A DNA stretch of 64,000 nucleotides from Octopus vulgaris (Eukaryota). Positions 55,737 to 64,000 of the stretch are shown here, one piece after another. The position numbers were made by a program, and so were the translations under genes. Under the pieces are notes generated by a model. It was not told where the DNA came from and ran no database searches. It saw only the letters and a program-made list of their open reading frames with translations. Each line of letters starts with the position of its first letter. The stretch's first letter is position 1. Location: the NCBI GenBank assembly GCA_951406725.2, contig OX597833.1, positions 64,976,001-65,040,000 of the forward strand. Reading direction: 5' to 3'.

Positions 55737-56362
55737 TATCTCTCAATCTAATTGTGTGTTTGTGCGTAATGCTTTACTGTAGTACTGAGTTTCATCGCGA
55801 GCAGAATTTTCATGGAATTTACTCTGTACGTAATAGCGGTGTTAGTCACTCACTCATTTTTCCTTTCCTTTTCTTTGGCGGCAGATGCTAACATGAATAT
55901 ACTGTCTACTGTTGTGTGTCACCGCCGGAGACAATCTGCTAATTATCCATGATGCGTGTTCATAATACACCTGGTTTATTTGCCTTTGGGAACTACACTG
56001 TTTTAGCAAGCACACCAACACTTCTCTAGACAAACTTGCAAAGAAGATATTTATTGATGTGGTGTATCGAAGTTCCTTCAGGTCAAACAATCGCACGTGT
56101 GTGGCAGTACGTTGTCTAAAATCACAAGTTTCTAGCTGAGAGAATACAACAACGATCAGATATCAATGCTCAGACCTGCCAAAATAATTTTATAAAGTAT
56201 AGACACATTATTATTTAGATTCTCACTCTGTTGCGTACAGTCCATGAATAATTACCAAATCATCAGACGTCTGCAGATGTCATCACCCATAAGCAAATAA
56301 CTTATTCGTTGATTTCCATAAATTCCAGTCAACACTTTTGTTTAGTTCTATTGATCCGTGAT

Positions 56363-56417
56363 GATTTTGACTGAGGAGACACACAGAAAGGCCGAAACAC
56401 CGCGGTGTATTTAAGTC
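56363..56417 (+). ncRNA. Type-I hammerhead ribozyme with canonical core
   Basis: GATTTTGA CTGAGGA GAC..GCC GAA ACACCGCGGTGT A TTTAAGTC; stem III is a perfect 12-nt palindrome. Confidence 0.65.
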
Positions 56418-56573
56418 TCGTTACATCAGTTAATAAGTTATGTTATGGGCACACAACGTTTAAAGGGAGGAGGTGTTCTCAAATGATAACATAGAACAGT
56501 GATAAGAATATTCGAGTCCGAATATGTGAGAAAGCATTGGGAATGAATGAATTCGTTATTATTTATCTTCATT

Positions 56574-56805
56574 ACTCTTTACTCTTTACTCTTTTACTCT
56601 TTTACTTGTTTCAGTCATTTGACTGCGGCCATGCTGGAGCACCGCCTTTAGTCGAGCAATTCGACCCCGGGACTTATTCTTTGTAAGCCCAGTACTTATT
56701 CTATCGGTCTCTTTTGCCGAACCGCTAAGTGACGGGGACGTAAACACACCAGCATCGGTTGTCAAGCGATGTTGGGGGGACAAACACAGACACACAAACA
56801 CACAT

Positions 56806-56862
<57 letters not shown>

Positions 56863-57027
56863 TACGACAGGCTTCTTTCAGTTTCCGTCTACTAAATCCA
56901 CTCTCAAGGCATTAGTCGGCCCGGGGCTATAGTAGAAGACACTTGCCCAAGATGCCACGCAATGGGACTGAACCTGGAACCATGTGGTTGGTTAGCAAGC
57001 TACTTACCACACAGCCGCTCCTGCGCC
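56574..57027 (-). mobile_element. Family-A SINE, full length, young
   Basis: Family match with (CTCTTT[T]A)x4 tail. Confidence 0.93.
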
Positions 57028-57364
57028 TCATTCTTAATATTTTACGATAATTTTGCGCACATAACACAAATTAAAAGCATGTATTTCTTTATCTGTGAAT
57101 GATAGTAAATATCTCTGATATGAACAATGTTACGAAGACAAACTTTGAAAACATAGGAAAACAACAACGGAAATAGGAAAATGCCTTTGGATATTGCAAA
57201 AGAAAATGTGACTAGAGAGAAAGCTGGCGGGGTTTGAGGAAAGGAGTTTTGATTCCGAATTTGATAGAAGGTCTCATTTTTGTTTTTTAGCGGGGACACA
57301 AGGAGAGAAAAATGAGAGAAAAAGAATGCGGTAAGACAATGAAAGAAACAGACAGATAGATAGG

Positions 57365-57422
<58 letters not shown>

Positions 57423-57642
57423 GACAGATAAGATGGTTGATTGATTGATTGATTGATTGATGGATTGATTGATTGACATATTGATTCGCTGATTGATCGA
57501 TTGATCGAAAACTTAATAATATTGACACGACCGTATGGAAAATGACATTTGTCTAACGCACGACAAAAGAATAGGACTCTATACTTTACAAACATTTGAT
57601 GTAATTAAACCCTTTGACATATATATACGTGTGTGTGTGCGT

Positions 57643-57726
<84 letters not shown>

Positions 57727-57853
57727 GTGTGTATGTATATATATATATGTATATACATATGTATATATATATATATATGTATATATATATGTATGTAAAT
57801 ATATCTCTATATCTAATATATTATATATAAATATATGTATACATACATATATT

Positions 57854-57902
<49 letters not shown>

Positions 57903-57934
57903 ATGTATACATATATGGATTCAAAGTGTCAATG

Positions 57935-57973
<39 letters not shown>

Positions 57974-58247
57974 ACGCTCACACGCTAACACATACATATA
58001 TTTATGTTCACGATGATATTTTCCAGTTAATACCATTATTTCCGAAGTATTTTGTACCTATTTCCTTGTTTTCGTATGACATTCATTATATTAGATCTCT
58101 TTTGAGTATTATGCATCTAATATTTACAAATAGAATCAAATATGTATTGGGTAATTGATGCACATACCTTCGTATATTTATATATGGATGTCACTTTCGA
58201 ATCATATGTGTATGTATAAACTGACACACACACATATACATATACAC

Positions 58248-58291
<44 letters not shown>

Positions 58292-58382
58292 GCATACAAA
58301 CACGTATATACATATATTTAATTATTTATATATATAAATATATTTGTATATTTATACATGTATGTATATATGTATATATTTG

Positions 58383-58458
<76 letters not shown>

Positions 58459-58688
58459 CATATGTATATATATATATATGTATATGTATAGATATAGATA
58501 GATATATAGATAGATAGATAGATAGATAACTAGATAGAAAGATACACCACACATACCTGTAGATATACACATATACATATATATATATCCATATATATAT
58601 ATCCATATATATATCCATATATATATACACACATATATATGCATGTAAATATCTATATATATATTACATATTTTATCTACAACCTCGA

Positions 58689-58719
<31 letters not shown>

Positions 58720-59463
58720 CATGCACAACCTCGATATGTGTATATATATATTACATATTTACATCCACAACCTCGATGCAAAAATGTTGATTACTTCATT
58801 GTAAGAAGGAAATGTAACAGAAAAAGAAAAAAAACTTTTGACGCTCTTCTCATTGAAATCGTTCAACAAGCAAAATATAAACAAACGCATCGCAAAGATT
58901 CTTTCCTGATATCTCCGCTGCTATAGATTTGCAGCGCTTAATTTCCTACGTTTCAAAGGAATGGAATCACTGTCTTCGTACACACTGCTATTATATTCAG
59001 AAATCTGTTGGTTTTTTTTGTTTTTCTTTGTTATTTTTTGTTTGTTTTTGTGTTTGTTTCTTATCTTGAGGAGTGTTTTTGTTTATTGGGGATTTTTTTT
59101 TTTTGTTTTTTTGTTTTTTTGTTTTTTGTTATTGATTTTTTGAATGATCGATAATTCAGTTGTTGAATGTCGAATCTGGAATATTCCAGAATTGCAAGCG
59201 CAGATGGTTGATTTCGCCCTTGATTAATATTGAAATAATGGCAAACTCACACACACACGTACACACGCACGTCCACACACATACACACACACACGCACGC
59301 AGTAATTTCACATACACAAACACACACACATTTAGATATACATCGGAAATGTAAATAAATATATAAATATTTATATTAGCCATACATACAACGCAAAAAT
59401 ATAATATATATATATACGTTATAAATATATGTATAAATATATATATATACACATATTTATATA

Positions 59464-59502
<39 letters not shown>

Positions 59503-59909
59503 TATATATATACATATATATGTTTACGTATGTATGCATGTGTGTGTGTGCATGTATGTATGCATGTATACACATATACTCAATATTTTGCCATACCAAC
59601 TGTTATATTGAGATATCAAACGAACGAAGAAAAAGAAAGTTCACCTCTTCGCAGATCGTTAAGTTTTTCCGTATTGCCATCGACAGCAAGTGTTTCAACG
59701 GCACATTTATATTACTCCATATGTTTGAAAACAGCAACTTAACGCACAATCGGCCTTCTCTCTTGATTTCATTCCGTATTCTTCTTGAAATTCATTGCAC
59801 ACACATCTCGTGATCACACACACACATATATATGTAATTGGATACATAGGGATATTTATGCAAACACACACGCACACACAAATACAGGCCCAAATACACA
59901 TACACACAG

Positions 59910-60118
59910 ACTATGTGGAACCGTAATGCACATTTTTTCTCTCACCTTTTCTTTTGCTTTTTGTCAAATTTTCTCCATTTTGTCACCTCTCAGTCCTTTC
60001 TGTCGAAGAGCCTAGGCTCGAAACGTCCATAGACTTTTCCGGAGCGTCAAACCAGTACATCTGGTTGCTGTTCCCTAACTTTGGCATCGTCTTTTGTGTT
60101 GTGCAAATTTTAACTACA
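59910..60118 (+). mobile_element. PLE-LTR-like element with variant minimal HHR (59992-60035)
   Basis: AGTCCTTT CTGTCGA A GAGCCTAGGCTC GAA ACGT C CATAGACT; ends at (TA)n. Confidence 0.65.
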
Positions 60119-60213
60119 TATATATATGTGTGTGTGTGTGTGTGTGCTTATATGTGCGCGCAGAAGTCAGTGTGACAATACTAAAGATATATTTTTACTT
60201 CCCTTCCTATATA

Positions 60214-60257
<44 letters not shown>

Positions 60258-60381
60258 AATAAGGTTAATATCGATATTTAAATACCGATATTATCATGGC
60301 CAGCATGGGAAAAAATACCATACAGAGGTAATAATTTTTTACAGCTAAAAATAAGGGTGTCTGAAAGATATATTATATATG

Positions 60382-60461
<80 letters not shown>

Positions 60462-60466
<5 letters not shown>

Positions 60467-60900
60467 GCGTACGGACGGCAATAAAAACATACGGACAGAT
60501 GGACAGATGGAAGATACACAGACGGACAGGAAAACCAGATAGGCCCCAAAAATCTAAGCTAATGCCATAGAATTTCTGGAAGGAAGCTAACGGATATGTG
60601 CGATACAATGGACAAAAATAAAACGAGAAAACGTAGAGAATGTTACACGATTACAAATACAAACAGCAAGAATAACAACAGGTGTCTTTCGACTAAAAGG
60701 ACAAGTTAATTTGGCATGTGAAGTGGAAGTCTTGTGACAACAAATATAGATGAAACTCAGGAGACAGGAAAATAAGTTGTTGTGCGAGCGGCGGTCAGGC
60801 CAGGGAAGAAAGATTATGCTTGGCCGAGCACCGATCACGTGCGAGGAACAGGGGGAGGTAGAGAGAAGGATTGAAGAATTAGAGAATGAAGTAGATAGAG
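60462..60900 (-). mobile_element. Unclassified (TA)n-abutting repeat-like element
   Basis: Starts sharply at the (TA)n edge; purine-skewed; minus-strand TTAGTCGAAAGACAC resembles an HHR 3' half. Confidence 0.3.
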
Positions 60901-61267
60901 GGAGAGAGGGAGAGAGGGTGGCAGAGGGAAGGTTACAACGGAGATAACAGGGGAAAGTAGAGATTAGAGAAAGGGAATGCCAAGAAATATGAGTGAGGGG
61001 GAGTGAGAAAAAGAAAGATGGAAAGAAAGACAATACCAAGAACGTGAGAGGGGGGAGAAAAAGAAAGGAGGAAAGAGGGAAAATGTCGTACAGAAGGATT
61101 AGAAAAAATCAGAGACAAAGAGAAATGTACAGGGGGAAACAGTGGGAGTTAAAGAAAGAGAGAGCCGAGAAATATGAGAGAGGGTGAGCGAGAAAAGGAA
61201 GAAAAATGAGTGGGGGAATATAAGATAGAGTAAGAGTTGTACAAAATTTAGATTCATACATAAGGTG

Positions 61268-61680
61268 AGCAGGACTGGCTGTGTGGTAAGTAGCTTGTTT
61301 ACCAACCACATCGTTCCGGGTTCAGTCCCACTGCGTGGCACCTTAGGCAAGTGTCTTCTGCTATAGCCTCGGGCCGACCAAAGCCTTGTGAGTGGATTTG
61401 GTAGACGGAAGCTGAAAGAAGCCTGTCGCATATATTTATATATATATATGTGTGTGTGTGCGTGTATGTTTGTGTGTTTGTGTTTGTCCCCCTAGCATTG
61501 CTTGACAACCGATGCTGGTGTGTTTACGTCCCCGTCACTTAGCGGTTCGGCAAAAAAGACCGAGAGAATAAGTACTGGGCTTACAAAGAATAAGACCTGG
61601 GGTCGAGTTGCTCGATTAAAGGCGGTGCTCCAGCATGGCCACAGTCAAATGACTGAATCAAGTAAGAGAGAGTAAAAGAA
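61268..61680 (+). mobile_element. Family-A SINE, full length
   Basis: GCAGGACTGGCTGTGTGGTAAG head to ATGACTGAATCAAGTAAG tail. Confidence 0.92.
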
Positions 61681-62409
61681 TAATATATATATATATATTA
61701 TTTACATATATATATATAAATACATACACATCGATATATATGCTATTCATGGATCACATTCATAGACACAACCGCAAGCATACACACATGCATATACAGA
61801 TATTCACACATACACGCATGCACAAGCACACATGTGTGTACGTATTTTCCATTATACGTCTAACCTGTATATGGTCATCAGTCTTAATATTACCTTATTA
61901 CCTTAGCATTCGTTCAAGCACGCCAAAAGACAAGCAGCCGACACGCACACACATACACACGAATAGAAATTCCGCTATGCACTGACTAAAACAGGCTGTC
62001 AGAAAGCGTAGAGTTTGTAAATCACGTGATTGATTTTAAACCAATCAATTAGGAACATCTACCGAACGACGATATCAAACAAACAGGCAGTCATTTTGAT
62101 ATACAAAAGAGAAAATATTCAACAACCGCTTTCACACTTAAATAATTCATTTGTTAATCTCGCTTTTAAAGAATGTCACGGATGAGTGATTACTTTTGAG
62201 CAATCAATCCAAGAAGAGAAGATGCAAAATGTAAAAAAATAAAACATTAAGTTAAATATTTTGTGCGTTAAACTCTCTTTGTTGAAACTCGTGACATTAA
62301 ATAAACGTGATAAGTACACGATAGACAGGCTTTTAGCCATCTTTTGTCATTTTTATTGACGTGATATATTATTTTTTTGTTTTTTTTTTTGTTGTTTTTC
62401 TGCGGTTTG

Positions 62410-62640
62410 AGTTACTTGTTTCAGTAACTGTGGGGGGTGCCGTGCTGCCGCACAGCCTTGAAGGGGGCTTGCTCGATCAAATCGAGGCCCCAGAAATTAT
62501 TTTTCTATCTGCTTCATCTTTTAGGTGCCTTTTATTATTTGCAGAACTATTACATTGTGGAGACGTAAAAACAAAGGTACGTCGATTGTCAAGGTGTCGT
62601 GAGGGAGATACAGAGACATGCACATACCTACATGTGCGTG
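62410..62640 (-). mobile_element. Highly degenerate family-A SINE 3' half
   Basis: TTACTTGTTTCAGT..AAATCGA..GACGTAAA..CGATTGTCAAG. Confidence 0.6.
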
Positions 62641-62715
62641 AGTGCACACATACACACACACACATACACATACGTATTTTGATGTGTATAAATACAATTT
62701 CATATATATATATAC

Positions 62716-62758
<43 letters not shown>

Positions 62759-62784
62759 TATTTATATATATATATTTACATATA

Positions 62785-62841
<57 letters not shown>

Positions 62842-62948
62842 TTGCTGTGTGGGTTAGCAAGGCGACCAGTTATCTCATGTGAAGATCGCTTTACAATTGT
62901 ACAGACATGCCACATGGAAGTATTGGTACACGTCTCCATTTTACAGTG

Positions 62949-62959
<11 letters not shown>

Positions 62960-63013
<54 letters not shown>

Positions 63014-63240
63014 GTGTGTGTGTGTGTTTGTGTGTCTGTGTTTGTTCCCTCACCATCGCTTGACAGTCTATGTTGGTGTGTTTACATCCCCGTGACTTAG
63101 CCATTCATGAAAAGCGACCGATACAATAAGTGCTGGGCTTACAAAGAATAAGACCTGGGGTCGATTCATTCGACTAAAAGCGGCGGTTTAGCATGGCCGA
63201 GAGCCAAATGACTGAAGCAAGTAAAAGAATAAAAGAATAT
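62960..63240 (+). mobile_element. Family-A SINE 3' half
   Basis: (TG)n..CATCGCTTGACA..CTTACAAAGAATAAG..(AATAAAAG)n. Confidence 0.85.
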
Positions 63241-63251
63241 ATATATATATA

Positions 63252-63460
63252 AAGTTAATACAAACAAGAAAACAAAAACAAAAAACAACAACGCGAGGAC
63301 GTGGAACAAATATAGTATTATTGGACGCTCAGGAAAGAAGGAAAGAAGGAGGATTTGACGTTTCCAGCGGAGCTGTTAGTCGGAAACATAGGAGAAGGAA
63401 AGATCCCGAGAAGGGAAGACAGGGGGAAAAATCGCTAGTGATACAGACGAGGTCTCATAC
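63252..63460 (-). mobile_element. PLE-LTR-like element with minimal HHR remnant
   Basis: Homologous to 47765-47932; minus strand GTTT CCGACTA A CAGC-TCC-GCTG GAA ACGT C AAAT; (TA)n on both sides. Confidence 0.7.
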
Positions 63461-63483
63461 TATATATGTATACATATATACAT

Positions 63484-63568
<85 letters not shown>

Positions 63569-63577
<9 letters not shown>

Positions 63578-63833
63578 ATATTAATTAGAGACAAAACCAC
63601 TATAATGCAAATCAAACAAAGAAAGACTTAATCCAATACATAAAAAAATTTATATAAATTAAATATAATTAATTTATATAAAATTTTTTATGTATTAGAT
63701 TAAGTCTTTCTTTGTTTGATTTGCATAATAGTGGTTTTTTCTCTAATTAATATTATATTATATTTTACTATAAAATTGGATTCAATCCTAAATCTGATTT
63801 TTCCCTGTAAATTTGGATTTATTCCCTAATATT

Positions 63834-63838
<5 letters not shown>
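63569..63838. mobile_element. (TA)n-embedded AT-rich fold-back element
   Basis: Near-perfect inverted arms 63569-63662 / 63669-63762 with about 6-nt spacer, plus a unique about 75-bp tail. Confidence 0.85.
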
Positions 63839-63897
<59 letters not shown>

Positions 63898-64000
63898 GCA
63901 TGTGTGTATATGCATGTGTATACGACGGGCTTGCATACGGATTTGGTCTAACCAAAATTGATTCGCATGATATTAGACGGTTCAGGGATTTATATGAAAA

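Noticed and set aside
59600-59720. Protein-like EEKESSPLRRSLSFSVLPS stretch
   Set aside because: No convincing splice sites or recognisable homology.

Overview
AT-rich, microsatellite-saturated eukaryotic DNA, intronic or intergenic. The tRNA-derived SINE families and the (TA)n/(CA)n/(GATA)n/(AAT)n load look like an octopus (coleoid cephalopod) genome; this assignment is from pattern recognition, not a search. No intact protein-coding gene is visible, and nearly all listed ORFs are microsatellite or SINE read-throughs. The window holds about 35 SINE copies or fragments from about 5 families, 3' fragments of CR1/Jockey-group and RTE LINEs, a decayed DD37D (maT) transposase, hAT, Tc2-like and unclassified MITEs, and a Penelope (PLE) RT fragment. 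The most notable signal is a set of at least 8 type-I hammerhead-ribozyme (HHR) motifs with palindromic stem III, sitting in short non-coding PLE-LTR-like elements that abut (TA)n tracts. Several of these elements are fold-back palindromes whose inversion point lies at or beside the ribozyme, and five are stacked at 47.5-48.9 kb. Also present are a tandemly duplicated 47/50-nt splice-site-flanked candidate exon and an unexplained double-hairpin block at 54.1-54.3 kb.
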